In this document: positions 7,985 to 18,613 of the stretch, piece after piece
How the letters are laid out: each line of letters starts with the position of its first letter
How positions within the stretch are numbered: position 1 is the first letter of the stretch
The notes under the pieces: model-generated
Database searches by the model: none
Seen by the model: only the letters and a program-made list of their open reading frames with translations
What the model was told of the DNA's origin: nothing
Program-made: the position numbers and the translations under genes
Source: Escherichia phage P694
Direction: 5' to 3' (one strand)
Sequence record: NC_028863.1
DNA: 40,477 nucleotides

Positions 7985-8028
7985 TATCTTCAAGGTCGGC
8001 ACTGACTGCTGGCCTTTATAGATAAACT
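7985..8028 (+). promoter_or_regulatory. RNase III-like hairpin (R1-like)
   Basis: caaggtcggc...ggcctttatagat motif between the kinase and RNAP genes. Confidence 0.5.
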
Positions 8029-8050
8029 TTCTTAACAACGTGAGGCAACA

Positions 8051-10702
8051 ATGACTAACGTAATCAACGCACCAAAGAACGACTTCTCTGACATCGCTAA
8101 CGCAATCATGCCATACAACATTCTGGCTGACCATTACGGTGCACAGCTTGCAGCTACACAGCTTGAGTTAGAACATGAAGCGCACACTGAAGGCGAGAAG
8201 CGTTTCCTTAAGGCAATGGAACGTCAAATCAAAGCGGGTGAGTTCGGTGATAACGCAGTGGCTAAACCGCTCCTGTCATCTCTCGCACCAAAGTTTATCG
8301 AGGCGTGGAACACTTGGTTCACCGAGGTGGAAGCGAAGCGTGGCAAGCGTCCAGTGGCCTACAATCTGGTACAGAAGGTTGCACCTGAAGCGGCTGCTTT
8401 CATCACACTGAAGGTCACGCTGGCTTGCTTGACGAAAGAAGAGTTTACCAACCTGCAATCGGTCGCCACTAAGATTGGTCGTAGCATTGAAGATGAGTTA
8501 CGTTTCGGACGCATTCGTGATGAAGAAGCGAAACACTTTAAGAATCACGTACAGGAGGCACTGAACAAGCGCGTTGGTATCGTCTACAAGAAAGCATTCA
8601 TGCAAGCCGTAGAAGGCAAGATGTTAGACGCTGGTCAACTGCAAACCAAGTGGACTACATGGACACCTGAAGAATCAATTCACGTTGGTGTGCGCATGTT
8701 GGAACTGCTCATCGGGTCTACTGGTCTCGTTGAGTTACACCGACCGTTTGCTGGTAACGTTGAGAAGGATGGCGAGTACATCCAGTTAACCGAACAATAC
8801 GTTGACCTGTTATCTAAACGTGCTGGTGCACTGGCTGCAATCGCTCCAATGTATCAACCTTGCGTGGTCCCTCCTAAGCCTTGGACGAGTCCGGTCGGTG
8901 GCGGCTATTGGGCTGCTGGTCGCAAGCCTCTCTCTCTGGTTCGAACTGGTTCCAAGAAGGGACTTGAGCGTTACAACGACGTGTACATGCCTGAAGTTTA
9001 CAAGGCGGTGAACATCGCACAGAATACTCCTTGGAAGATTAACAAGAAGGTTCTGGCAGTGGTCAATGAGATTGTGAACTGGAAGCATTGCCCGGTTGAC
9101 GATGTACCTGCTCTCGAACGTGGTGAACTGCCTGTCAAACCTGAAGACATCGACACGAACGAAGCGGCTCTGAAAGCGTGGAAGAAAGCGGCCTCCGCAA
9201 TCTATCGCAAAGAGAAGGCCCGTGTGTCTCGTCGCATGAGCATGGAGTTCATGTTAGGGCAAGCCAACAAGTTCGCACAGTTTAAAGCTATCTGGTTCCC
9301 GATGAACATGGACTGGCGCGGTCGTGTGTATGCTGTACCGATGTTCAACCCGCAAGGCAACGACATGACCAAGGGTCTGTTAACGCTCGCTAAAGGTAAA
9401 CCAATCGGTGTCGATGGGTACTACTGGCTGAAGATTCACGGTGCTAACACTGCTGGCGTGGACAAGGTGGACTTTGCAGAACGCATCAAGTTCATTGAGG
9501 ACAACCACGAGAACATCATGAGCGTTGCGGCTGACCCGATTGCTAACACTTGGTGGGCTGAACAAGACTCTCCGTTCTGCTTCCTCGCGTTCTGCTTCGA
9601 GTATGCTGGCGTTCAACACCACGGTATGAACTACAACTGCTCTCTGCCGCTGGCGTTCGATGGCTCTTGCTCTGGTATTCAGCACTTCTCTGCAATGCTT
9701 CGTGATGAAGTAGGTGGACGCGCTGTTAACCTGATGCCAAGCAAGGAAGTACAAGACATCTACCGCATCGTTGCCGAACGTGTGAACGAAATCCTGAATC
9801 AAGATGTTATCAACGGGACCGACAACGAAGTAGAGACAGTGACCAACAAGGACACAGGCGAAATCACTGAGAAGCTGAAGTTAGGCACGAAGGAACTGGC
9901 TGGTCAATGGCTGGCATACGGTGTAACTCGCAAGGAAACTAAGCGTTCGGTCATGACGTTGGCTTACGGTTCCAAAGAGTACGGCTTCCGTGACCAAGTT
10001 CTTGAGGACACCATTCAGCCAGCTATCGACGATGGCAATGGATTGATGTTCACTCAACCGAACCAAGCTGCTAGCTATATGGCTAAACTGATTTGGAACG
10101 CTGTAACGGTGACTGTGGTCGCAGCGGTTGAAGCGATGAACTGGTTGAAGTCTGCTGCTAAACTTCTGGCTGCTGAAGTCAAGGACAAGAAGACTAAAGA
10201 GGTTCTCCGCAAGCGCTGCGCGGTACATTGGGTAACACCTGATGGCTTCCCTGTGTGGCAGGAGTATCGCAAGGCAGTACAGACTCGTTTGAACCTGATG
10301 TTCTTGGGTCAGATTCGTTTGCAGCCTACTGTGAACACCAACAAGGATAGCGGAATTGACGCACGTAAGCAGGAGTCAGGCATCGCACCTAACTTTGTTC
10401 ACTCAATGGACGGCAGCCACCTGAGAATGACTGTAGTGCGCTCCAATGAGGTCTACGGTGTGGAATCCTTCGCACTGATTCATGACTCCTTTGGTACTAT
10501 CCCTGCTGATGCTGGCAACCTGTTTAAAGCAGTGCGTGAAACGATGGTCAACACTTACGAAGAGAACGATGTACTTGCAGACTTCTATGAACAGTTTGCG
10601 GACCAGTTGCACGAGTCACAGCTTGACAAGATGCCTGAGATGCCAGCTAAAGGCGCTCTCGACCTCCAAGAAATCCTGAAGTCAGACTTTGCGTTTGCCT
10701 AA
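8051..10702 (+). CDS. 1: Single-subunit DNA-directed RNA polymerase
   Basis: 883 aa, same length as T7 RNAP, near-identical over long stretches including the C-terminal ...FAFA. Confidence 0.98.
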   Translation: MTNVINAPKNDFSDIANAIMPYNILADHYGAQLAATQLELEHEAHTEGEKRFLKAMERQIKAGEFGDNAVAKPLLSSLAPKFIEAWNTWFTEVEAKRGKRPVAYNLVQKVAPEAAAFITLKVTLACLTKEEFTNLQSVATKIGRSIEDELRFGRIRDEEAKHFKNHVQEALNKRVGIVYKKAFMQAVEGKMLDAGQLQTKWTTWTPEESIHVGVRMLELLIGSTGLVELHRPFAGNVEKDGEYIQLTEQYVDLLSKRAGALAAIAPMYQPCVVPPKPWTSPVGGGYWAAGRKPLSLVRTGSKKGLERYNDVYMPEVYKAVNIAQNTPWKINKKVLAVVNEIVNWKHCPVDDVPALERGELPVKPEDIDTNEAALKAWKKAASAIYRKEKARVSRRMSMEFMLGQANKFAQFKAIWFPMNMDWRGRVYAVPMFNPQGNDMTKGLLTLAKGKPIGVDGYYWLKIHGANTAGVDKVDFAERIKFIEDNHENIMSVAADPIANTWWAEQDSPFCFLAFCFEYAGVQHHGMNYNCSLPLAFDGSCSGIQHFSAMLRDEVGGRAVNLMPSKEVQDIYRIVAERVNEILNQDVINGTDNEVETVTNKDTGEITEKLKLGTKELAGQWLAYGVTRKETKRSVMTLAYGSKEYGFRDQVLEDTIQPAIDDGNGLMFTQPNQAASYMAKLIWNAVTVTVVAAVEAMNWLKSAAKLLAAEVKDKKTKEVLRKRCAVHWVTPDGFPVWQEYRKAVQTRLNLMFLGQIRLQPTVNTNKDSGIDARKQESGIAPNFVHSMDGSHLRMTVVRSNEVYGVESFALIHDSFGTIPADAGNLFKAVRETMVNTYEENDVLADFYEQFADQLHESQLDKMPEMPAKGALDLQEILKSDFAFA

Positions 10703-10709
10703 CGGAATC

Positions 10710-10731
10710 TAATACGACTCACTATTGGGAG
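10710..10731 (+). promoter_or_regulatory. Phage RNAP promoter (phi1.1A-like); candidate primary replication origin region
   Basis: TAATACGACTCACTATTGGGAG followed by a GCCTTCGGGC hairpin and an AT-rich leader. Confidence 0.8.
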
Positions 10732-10792
10732 CCTTCGGGCTTCCTACACTTTAAGATAACTTTAAGTTCTAACTCTAAGAGGAAACAACATT

Positions 10793-10924
10793 ATGCGTAA
10801 CTTCGAAAAGATGACCAAAAGTTCCAACCGTAACGCTCATGACTTCGAGGCAACTAAGGGTCGCAAGTTTAATAAACCATTACGCACCCGTGCGCATAAA
10901 CGCTGCTGGAAGGAGGCACTCTAA
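10793..10924 (+). CDS. 1.1: gp1.1-like small basic protein, copy A (T7-like allele)
   Basis: 43 aa MRNFEKMTKSSNRNAHDFEATKGRK..., close to T7 gp1.1 as recalled; GAGGAAA RBS. Confidence 0.75.
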   Translation: MRNFEKMTKSSNRNAHDFEATKGRKFNKPLRTRAHKRCWKEAL

Positions 10925-11196
10925 TGGGACGCTTATACAGTGGTAACTTAATAGCATACAAAGACGCTATCGAACGACTTAAAGAAGACCATGATGCAAA
11001 TGTGGTCGTTGAGACTTATCGCTATGAGGACTTCGCACAGCGACGGATGGTCGCCGGAGAGACACTTCGAGTGGTCTTACGGAATGGCTTAATGCTGACC
11101 GCTAAGTGTTTCGAACAGGATGATGCAGACGTTCGCTGTAATGCACAGACTGAATGGCTCCGCAAGGTTCACAGTGATATGAAGCACTGGAAGTAA
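10924..11196 (+). CDS. 1.2: gp1.2-like protein, copy A (divergent allele); dGTPase-inhibitor family
   Basis: 90 aa; shares the N-terminal MGRLYSGNL.A.K and C-terminal ...KHWK with copy B but is divergent in the middle. Confidence 0.7.
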   Translation: MGRLYSGNLIAYKDAIERLKEDHDANVVVETYRYEDFAQRRMVAGETLRVVLRNGLMLTAKCFEQDDADVRCNAQTEWLRKVHSDMKHWK

Positions 11197-11216
11197 TACG
11201 ACTCACTATTGGGGAG
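11194..11216 (+). promoter_or_regulatory. Phage RNAP promoter (phi1.1B-like)
   Basis: TAATACGACTCACTATTGGGGAG followed by a leader near-identical to 10732..10792. Confidence 0.8.
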
Positions 11217-11266
11217 CCTATGGGCTTCCTACACTTTAAGTTCTAACTCTAAGAGGAAACAACATT

Positions 11267-11416
11267 ATGCGTACCAACTTTGAACCAACCACTAAGCGCA
11301 ACAACGTAATCAATGAACATGGTGCTGAATGGCAGGAACGTAAAGACCGCATGAAGAAACGTCACAAGACACAACGTGGCAACTCTGAGAAACGCAACTG
11401 GAAGGAGACAATCTAA
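11267..11416 (+). CDS. gp1.1-like small basic protein, copy B (divergent allele)
   Basis: 49 aa MRTNFEPTTKRNNVINEHGAEWQERKDRMKKRHK...; same leader and RBS as copy A. Confidence 0.65.
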   Translation: MRTNFEPTTKRNNVINEHGAEWQERKDRMKKRHKTQRGNSEKRNWKETI

Positions 11417-11673
11417 TGGGTCGCTTATACGGTGGGAATCTTAGCGCATTCAAGGCCGCTGCTGGTCGAATCTTTAAGCTGGACTTAGTTGTCACATGTG
11501 ATGAATGGTATGAAGCACATATTCGTCTTGAGTGTATCAGGCTGCGCATAGAGGACCGGGATGGTCGCCTTATCGACTCTACTATTTGTAGTCATCATGA
11601 CGAAGACGTTCTCTATAGCACTTGTACCAATTGGCTGAACCGTATGTATGACCAGTTGAAAGACTGGAAGTAA
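11416..11673 (+). CDS. 1.2: gp1.2, inhibitor of host dGTP triphosphohydrolase, copy B (T7-like allele)
   Basis: 85 aa, same length as T7 gp1.2 and very similar as recalled (...CIRLRIEDRDGRLID...HHDEDVLY..CT.WLN.MYDQLKDWK). Confidence 0.85.
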   Translation: MGRLYGGNLSAFKAAAGRIFKLDLVVTCDEWYEAHIRLECIRLRIEDRDGRLIDSTICSHHDEDVLYSTCTNWLNRMYDQLKDWK

Positions 11674-11694
11674 TACGACTCACTATTGCGAGAG
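11671..11694 (+). promoter_or_regulatory. Phage RNAP promoter (phi1.3-like)
   Basis: TAATACGACTCACTATTGCGAGAGG. Confidence 0.7.
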
Positions 11695-11741
11695 GTAAAC
11701 TCAAGGTCATCCGAAAGGTTGGCCTTTGTGATTAACTTTTG
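11695..11741 (+). promoter_or_regulatory. RNase III-like hairpin (R1.3-like)
   Basis: gtaaactcaaggtcatccgaaaggttggcctttgtgattaac. Confidence 0.5.
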
Positions 11742-11781
11742 TTTAAACATTAACCAATAACACACATATAGGAGTTCCACC

Positions 11782-12834
11782 ATGGAAATCACATTTAAGA
11801 CTTCGCCACATAAAGCTGTATCATTCGTTGAGTCTGCCGTTAATAAAGCCCTCGACAAAGCTGGCTACCTGATTGCTGACATTAAATATGATGGCGTTCG
11901 TGGTAACATTGTAGTTGACAATACGGCTGACTCTGCGTGGCTCTCTCGTGTCTCCAAAGAGATTCCTGCTCTGTCACATCTCAACGGGTACGACAAGCGC
12001 TGGGAGATGCTCCTGAAGGATGACCGCTGTATCTTCCCTGATGGATTCATGCTTGATGGTGAACTGATGGTCAAAGGCGTGGACTTTAACACAGGGTCTG
12101 GCTTACTGAGGACCAAGTGGCTCAAGCAGAAGAACTTCATGTACACTGATTGTTCTGAGTGGGGCAAGGACTGTAATGGAAAACCTTTTGAGCTAGACGT
12201 TAAGCGACTCAAGGTTGTTCTCTACGGTGTCATGCCGTTTGACTCTATGGTCTCCGGTGAGACCTACGAAGTGATGAACCTATTAATGCGTGAGCACGTT
12301 AAGGCTATGCTTCCTGTTCTGCGTGAGCACTTCCCTGAAATCGAATGGGACATCTCTGAGAGCTATGAAGTCTACGATATGGTAGAACTGAATGCCCTCT
12401 ATGAGAAAGCCCGTGCCGATGGTCATGAAGGTCTGGTAGTCAAAGACCCTCTGGGCTTCTACATGCGTGGCAAGAAGTCTGGCTACTGGAAGATGAAGCC
12501 TGAGTGTGAAGCTGATGGTGTCATCGTGGGACTCAACTGGGGTACTCCGGGTCTGGCTAATGAAGGTAAAGTGATTGGCTTCGAGGTTCTCCTTGAGTCC
12601 GGTCGCGTAGTCTCCGCTAACAATATCAGCCAAGCGTTGATGGATGAGTTCACCAATAACGTTTTTGATGCTACAAACATCCTAAATGTAAGAACTGAGA
12701 GTGATTGGGTTAACCCTTATCAGGGCTGGCAGTGCCAAGTGGCCTACATGGAACAAACTCCTGACGGTTCTCTGCGTCACCCATCGTTCGCTATGTTCCG
12801 TGGTGTCGAGTCAGACCCAACGGTCAAGATGTAA
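11782..12834 (+). CDS. 1.3: ATP-dependent DNA ligase
   Basis: 350 aa; adenylation motif KYDGVRG near residue 35; overall T7 ligase similarity as recalled. Confidence 0.92.
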   Translation: MEITFKTSPHKAVSFVESAVNKALDKAGYLIADIKYDGVRGNIVVDNTADSAWLSRVSKEIPALSHLNGYDKRWEMLLKDDRCIFPDGFMLDGELMVKGVDFNTGSGLLRTKWLKQKNFMYTDCSEWGKDCNGKPFELDVKRLKVVLYGVMPFDSMVSGETYEVMNLLMREHVKAMLPVLREHFPEIEWDISESYEVYDMVELNALYEKARADGHEGLVVKDPLGFYMRGKKSGYWKMKPECEADGVIVGLNWGTPGLANEGKVIGFEVLLESGRVVSANNISQALMDEFTNNVFDATNILNVRTESDWVNPYQGWQCQVAYMEQTPDGSLRHPSFAMFRGVESDPTVKM

Positions 12835-12844
12835 ACCAACAAAC

Positions 12845-12876
12845 GGTCAGTCCTTAACGGGGCTGGCCTTTTCGCG
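12845..12876 (+). terminator. Candidate intrinsic terminator (early terminator TE-like)
   Basis: GGTCAGTCC / GGGGCTGGCC stem (two G-U pairs) with TTAAC loop, followed by TTTTCGCGTTTC. Confidence 0.45.
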
Positions 12877-12880
12877 TTTC

Positions 12881-12901
12881 TATTAGACTCACTATGGAGG
12901 A
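12881..12901 (+). promoter_or_regulatory. Degenerate phage-promoter-like sequence
   Basis: TATTAGACTCACTATGGAGGA; shortened relative to the consensus. Confidence 0.35.
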
Positions 12902-12909
12902 ACGACCTC

Positions 12910-12990
12910 ATGCTATTTCTAATTGTTGCTATCATTGTTGCCACGTTTGCCCTCGTTATCATTGACGACAACTGCTGGCCTGATTGCTAA
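12910..12990 (+). CDS. Small hydrophobic peptide (26 aa; gene 1.4 position)
   Basis: MLFLIVAIIVATFALVIIDDNCWPDC; GGAGGA RBS 9 nt upstream. Confidence 0.4.
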   Translation: MLFLIVAIIVATFALVIIDDNCWPDC

Positions 12991-13010
12991 TACGACTCAC
13001 ATATGGAGGA
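12988..13010 (+). promoter_or_regulatory. Phage-promoter-like sequence overlapping the RBS of the next gene
   Basis: TAATACGACTCACATATGGAGGA. Confidence 0.45.
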
Positions 13011-13017
13011 CACAACT

Positions 13018-13242
13018 ATGTTAAGACTTCACTTCAACAAATCTAATGGCATATTCTCTGCTCGTGGCTCTGACCGTTCTACGGTGCTGGCCTCTGAGAA
13101 ACATGCAGTCATCCCTAAAGTGCTTGGTTCGATCATTGAGTTAGCACCCCGTGTTCACGCTGTGATTACGACTGGCTTATATAAAGAAGCGACCACTGGC
13201 TCCCGGCCTTTCATCCCGGGTTCTCGTCACGCGTTTCCCTAA
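13018..13242 (+). CDS. Hypothetical protein (gene 1.5/1.6 position)
   Basis: 74 aa from ATG 13018 with GGAGGA RBS at spacing 7; the upstream ATG 13003 has no RBS. Confidence 0.55.
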   Translation: MLRLHFNKSNGIFSARGSDRSTVLASEKHAVIPKVLGSIIELAPRVHAVITTGLYKEATTGSRPFIPGSRHAFP

Positions 13243-13281
13243 AGTCCGTCTGGTCATTGCACGTATCAAGGAGGTGCTCTA

Positions 13282-13791
13282 ATGTCACGTAACACAGGAA
13301 GATGTGATAGCACCACGTACTGTGAAGCATGTAATGGTGACGACCGCTATCCGCATGTTGGTAAGCCAATAGTTAACAAACCACAAGATAAAGAGGGTGT
13401 TCTAATGGGACTGTTAGATGGTGCAGCTTGGGAAAAAGAAAACCCGCCAGTACGAGCAACTGGGTGTATAGCTTGCTTAGAGAATGATGACCGCTACCCA
13501 CACACTTGCCCACAACATGTTGGTAAGCCAATAGTTAACAAACCACAAGATATAGAGGGTGTTCGGACTCCGAGCCACTATATGTTGTTTGATGACATTG
13601 AGGCTATCGAAGTGATTGCCCGGTCGATGACCCGCGAACAGTTCAAAGGGTACTGCTTAGGGAACATCCTTAAGTACCGCCTCCGTGCTGGTAAGAAATC
13701 CGAACTGGCATTCTTAGAGAAGGACATGGCGAAAGCTGGGTTCTACGGTGAACTGTACGAGAAACATAAGGACAAGTGCTATGATTATTAA
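13282..13791 (+). CDS. 1.7: gp1.7-like nucleotide kinase with an N-terminal in-frame duplication
   Basis: 169 aa; residues 42 onward (MGLLDGAAWEKENPP...CIACLENDDRYPHTC...) match the T7 gp1.7 N-terminus as recalled, and the C-terminus (...KGYCLGNILKYRLRAGKKSELA...) matches too; alternative start ATG 13405 also has an RBS. Confidence 0.8.
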   Translation: MSRNTGRCDSTTYCEACNGDDRYPHVGKPIVNKPQDKEGVLMGLLDGAAWEKENPPVRATGCIACLENDDRYPHTCPQHVGKPIVNKPQDIEGVRTPSHYMLFDDIEAIEVIARSMTREQFKGYCLGNILKYRLRAGKKSELAFLEKDMAKAGFYGELYEKHKDKCYDY

Positions 13792-13954
13792 GGTCGAGTA
13801 TGTGGGTGAAGATGATATGATGGCACTAGTTAAACGCCATGACATATTCTTTGCAGAGCGAACATGGGACGGTAAGTTCTATAAGATCATGAACAAGCAT
13901 GACGAAGAAGTATATCTTTCACGTAACGAGGTGATTGAATATGACGATGCTTAA
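13781..13954 (+). CDS. Hypothetical small protein (gene 1.8 position)
   Basis: 57 aa from ATG 13781 (AAGGA upstream), overlapping the gene 1.7 stop. Confidence 0.5.
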   Translation: MIIKVEYVGEDDMMALVKRHDIFFAERTWDGKFYKIMNKHDEEVYLSRNEVIEYDDA

Positions 13955-14045
13955 ACCTAGCGAATGGTGTGAGCGTATGTTTGAAAAGACAGGCAACACC
14001 GACTATCTTGAATTATACAATCAGTGGAAGGAGAGAGGACAATGA
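13941..14045 (+). CDS. Hypothetical small ORF (34 aa) bridging the gene 1.8-like ORF and gene 2
   Basis: ATG 13941 with GAGGTGA RBS; its stop overlaps the gene 2 ATG (ATGA). Confidence 0.3.
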   Translation: MTMLKPSEWCERMFEKTGNTDYLELYNQWKERGQ

Positions 14046-14233
14046 GCAATTTAAACAAAGGGTCACTGGTCAACGGTGACAAGAAGTTCTTCGCAACGGT
14101 AGAAGGCCAAGGCCAATCGTTCGAAGTCCCTGTGTTCGCTGTGTCTCTTGAAGAGGCCAACGAGTTAGCTGAATGGCAATATGTCCCGGCTGGCTTCGCA
14201 GTGACACGCATCCGTCCAGACCGAAAGGTTTAA
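14042..14233 (+). CDS. 2: Inhibitor of host RNA polymerase (T7 gp2-like)
   Basis: 63 aa [22 protein letters not shown]...[18 protein letters not shown], close to T7 gp2 as recalled; strong RBS. Confidence 0.88.
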   Translation: MSNLNKGSLVNGDKKFFATVEGQGQSFEVPVFAVSLEEANELAEWQYVPAGFAVTRIRPDRKV

Positions 14234-14254
14234 TAGGACTCACTATTGGGGAGA
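14231..14254 (+). promoter_or_regulatory. Phage RNAP promoter (phi2.5-like)
   Basis: TAATAGGACTCACTATTGGGGAGA followed by a GGGGAGAC...GTTTCCC 5' hairpin. Confidence 0.75.
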
Positions 14255-14302
14255 CACAACGTTTCCCATTTTAACTTGCAGAAACTTCAAAGGAGAATCA
14301 TT

Positions 14303-15007
14303 ATGGCATTCGCAAAACGTAAAGTATTCACTTCCGCTCGTGGTGTTGCTGAACCTTACTGCTATCTGGCTAAACCAGACTTCGGTAGTGGTGACTTCAA
14401 GAACGAACGTGGTGTCTACAAAGTATCACTGACTGTATCCAACGATGACCCTCGCTGTCAGAAAATGATTGACGAGATTGTCGAAGCCCATGAGACGGAC
14501 TATGCTGCTCGACTTGAAGAGTACGAAGCGAACCCGCCGAAAGTTGTCAAGGGTAAGAAACCGCTGAAGCCATATGTTGGCGACATGCCTTTCATGGATA
14601 ACGAAGATGGAACCACTACGTTCAACTTCAAGTGCTATGGCTCGTTCACTGACAAGAAGACTGGTGAGAACAAACCAATCGACTTGGCTATCGTGGACTC
14701 CAAAGGTAAGCGCATCCGTGGTGAGCGCCCAGCTATCTCTGGCGGCTCTGAACTGAAGATTAAATACACTCTGTTCCCTTACGGCTGGTCTGCTGTGGCG
14801 GGTGCATCCGTTAAGCTGCAACTGGATTCCGTGATGCTGATTAAGCTGGTCGAGTTCGGTGGTGGTGATGACGATTGGGGTGATGAAATCGAAGAAGATG
14901 GCTACGAAGCTGATGAAAGCCAGACCCGTCAACGTCCCCAAAATGATTCTGGTTGGAACGAAGAACCGGAAGATGAAGGCGACGAAGATGAAGATGGCGA
15001 CTTCTAA
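14303..15007 (+). CDS. 2.5: Single-stranded DNA-binding protein with acidic C-terminal tail
   Basis: 234 aa from ATG 14303 (AAAGGAGA RBS); acidic C-terminus ...EDEGDEDEDGDF as in T7 gp2.5. Confidence 0.92.
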   Translation: MAFAKRKVFTSARGVAEPYCYLAKPDFGSGDFKNERGVYKVSLTVSNDDPRCQKMIDEIVEAHETDYAARLEEYEANPPKVVKGKKPLKPYVGDMPFMDNEDGTTTFNFKCYGSFTDKKTGENKPIDLAIVDSKGKRIRGERPAISGGSELKIKYTLFPYGWSAVAGASVKLQLDSVMLIKLVEFGGGDDDWGDEIEEDGYEADESQTRQRPQNDSGWNEEPEDEGDEDEDGDF

Positions 15008-15453
15008 TGGCTAAGGGATATGCAGGTCGGGGCACTCGTGTGGGTGCCTTTCGCTCTGGCTTGGAGGACAAGGTAAGCAAACAGCTTGAGTCAAAGAACG
15101 TTAAGTTCGACTATGAGCGCTGGCGTGTACCATATGTTGTTCCTGCAAGCAACCATACCTATTGCCCGGACTTCCTGTTACCTAATGGCATCTTTGTGGA
15201 AACCAAAGGTCTGTGGGACAGTGAGGACCGCAAGAAACACTTGCTGATTCGTGAACAGTATCCTGAACTTGATGTTCGCATCGTGTTCTCTTCAAGCCGC
15301 TCCAAGCTGTACAAAGGGTCTCCGACCAGTTACGGTGAGTGGTGCGAGAAGCATGGCATTCTGTTTGCTGACAAGTTAATTCCAGTTGATTGGCTTAAAG
15401 AGCCTTCTAAGGATGTTCCATTCGATAAATTTAAAGAGGTGAAGAAGAAATGA
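15007..15453 (+). CDS. 3: Endonuclease I (Holliday junction resolvase)
   Basis: 148 aa; VGAFRSGLEDKVSKQLESK...PASNHTY.PDFLLPNGIFVETKG as in T7 gp3. Confidence 0.92.
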   Translation: MAKGYAGRGTRVGAFRSGLEDKVSKQLESKNVKFDYERWRVPYVVPASNHTYCPDFLLPNGIFVETKGLWDSEDRKKHLLIREQYPELDVRIVFSSSRSKLYKGSPTSYGEWCEKHGILFADKLIPVDWLKEPSKDVPFDKFKEVKKK

Positions 15454-15905
15454 GTAAGGTACAATTCAAACAACGCGCTGTGACAGAAGCAATCTTTGTC
15501 CACTGTAGCGCAACTAAGGCGACCATGAATGTTGGTCTGCGTGAAATCCGTCAGTGGCATAAAGAACAGGGCTGGCTTGATGTAGGCTACCACTTCATTA
15601 TTCGACGTGATGGTACAATCGAAGAAGGCCGTCCGGTCGGAGTCGTTGGGTCTCACGTTAAGGACTGGAACAGTAAGTCAGTCGGTGTGTGTCTCGTTGG
15701 TGGCATCGACGATAAGGGCAAGTACGAAGCTAACTTTACTCCAGCGCAGATGCACTCTCTTAAAGAGAAACTTGCAGACCTGCTGGACATGTATCCAGAT
15801 GCTGAAGTGAAAGCTCACCATGACGTTGCACCTAAAGCGTGTCCGTCTTTCAACTTGAGTCGCTGGCTGAAAACTGGCGAATTAGTAACTAGTGATTGGG
15901 GTTAA
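15450..15905 (+). CDS. 3.5: Lysozyme / N-acetylmuramoyl-L-alanine amidase (also RNAP inhibitor in T7)
   Basis: 151 aa; ...AIFVHCSATK...REIRQWHKEQGWLDVGYHFII.RDGT... as in T7 gp3.5. Confidence 0.93.
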   Translation: MSKVQFKQRAVTEAIFVHCSATKATMNVGLREIRQWHKEQGWLDVGYHFIIRRDGTIEEGRPVGVVGSHVKDWNSKSVGVCLVGGIDDKGKYEANFTPAQMHSLKEKLADLLDMYPDAEVKAHHDVAPKACPSFNLSRWLKTGELVTSDWG

Positions 15906-15909
15906 TACT

Positions 15910-16002
15910 ATGATGATTATTCACGAGATGGGTCTGTACGATTTGGTTTATCGCTTGGCCTTCATGCTGGCAATGGTCTACATTCTGACCCGAAAGGATT
16001 AA
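15910..16002 (+). CDS. Small hydrophobic peptide (30 aa)
   Basis: MMIIHEMGLYDLVYRLAFMLAMVYILTRKD; sits where T7 carries gene 3.8. Confidence 0.35.
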   Translation: MMIIHEMGLYDLVYRLAFMLAMVYILTRKD

Positions 16003-16022
16003 TAGAACTCACTATGGGAGGA
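16000..16022 (+). promoter_or_regulatory. Degenerate phage-promoter-like sequence
   Basis: TAATAGAACTCACTATGGGAGGA. Confidence 0.4.
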
Positions 16023-16072
16023 CCGAAAGGTTTCTCCCTTTGTTCGCTAAAATTGTATAAGGAGTAACCACT

Positions 16073-18028
<1,956 letters not shown>

Positions 18029-18036
<8 letters not shown>

Positions 18037-18241
18037 ATTCATCAACACTCTCGGTAAACTGGTAGTTAAAATGTACTTCCGTGAAGCTAAACGCCTGAAC
18101 GACAAGGCTCGCAAAGATGCTGCACAGGCACAACGCTTGGCTAAACAGGCACGTCTACTGTCTGAAGATGCAAGTGCTGGTGTAACGTCTGCTGCTAAGA
18201 TTGCAGCTAAAGCAACCGACCTCAACAAATTCTTTCTGTAA
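18029..18241 (+). CDS. 4.3: gp4.3-like protein
   Basis: 70 aa MFKFINTLGKLVVKMY.REAKRLNDKARKDA..., same length and similar to T7 gp4.3 as recalled. Confidence 0.75.
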
Positions 18242-18254
18242 GGAGTGACACATT

Positions 18255-18557
18255 ATGGCTATTAAATTCCCCGGCAACACAATCCGTCTGTCTGACACCA
18301 TCGACCAGTATGCTCGTCGAGTTCACATCAACGTTCGTAACGGCAAGGTAACTCTGGTCTACCGTTGGAAAGACCGTAAGTCCACCAAGGCGCACACACA
18401 GCGTGTAACTTTGGATGACACACAGACAGGTCGTCTGACGGCTTCCATTGCTGTAGCTGCTACTGTGGCTGTAGGTGAAGATAAGACTCGTGAACTCCTG
18501 CTGTCCAAAGTGGCTGGCGAAGAGGGCATGATTCTGGCTGCGAAGTCTGGAATCTAA
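18255..18557 (+). CDS. Hypothetical protein (gene 4.5 position)
   Basis: 100 aa; AAGGAG RBS. Confidence 0.6.
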   Translation: MAIKFPGNTIRLSDTIDQYARRVHINVRNGKVTLVYRWKDRKSTKAHTQRVTLDDTQTGRLTASIAVAATVAVGEDKTRELLLSKVAGEEGMILAAKSGI

Positions 18558-18560
18558 AGA

Positions 18561-18606
18561 GTTAAACTAAAGGTCATCTACGGGTGGCCTTAGTGATTAA
18601 CTTTTG
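18561..18606 (+). promoter_or_regulatory. RNase III-like hairpin (R4.7-like)
   Basis: gttaaactaaaggtcatctacgggtggccttagtgattaac. Confidence 0.5.
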
Positions 18607-18613
18607 TATGAAA

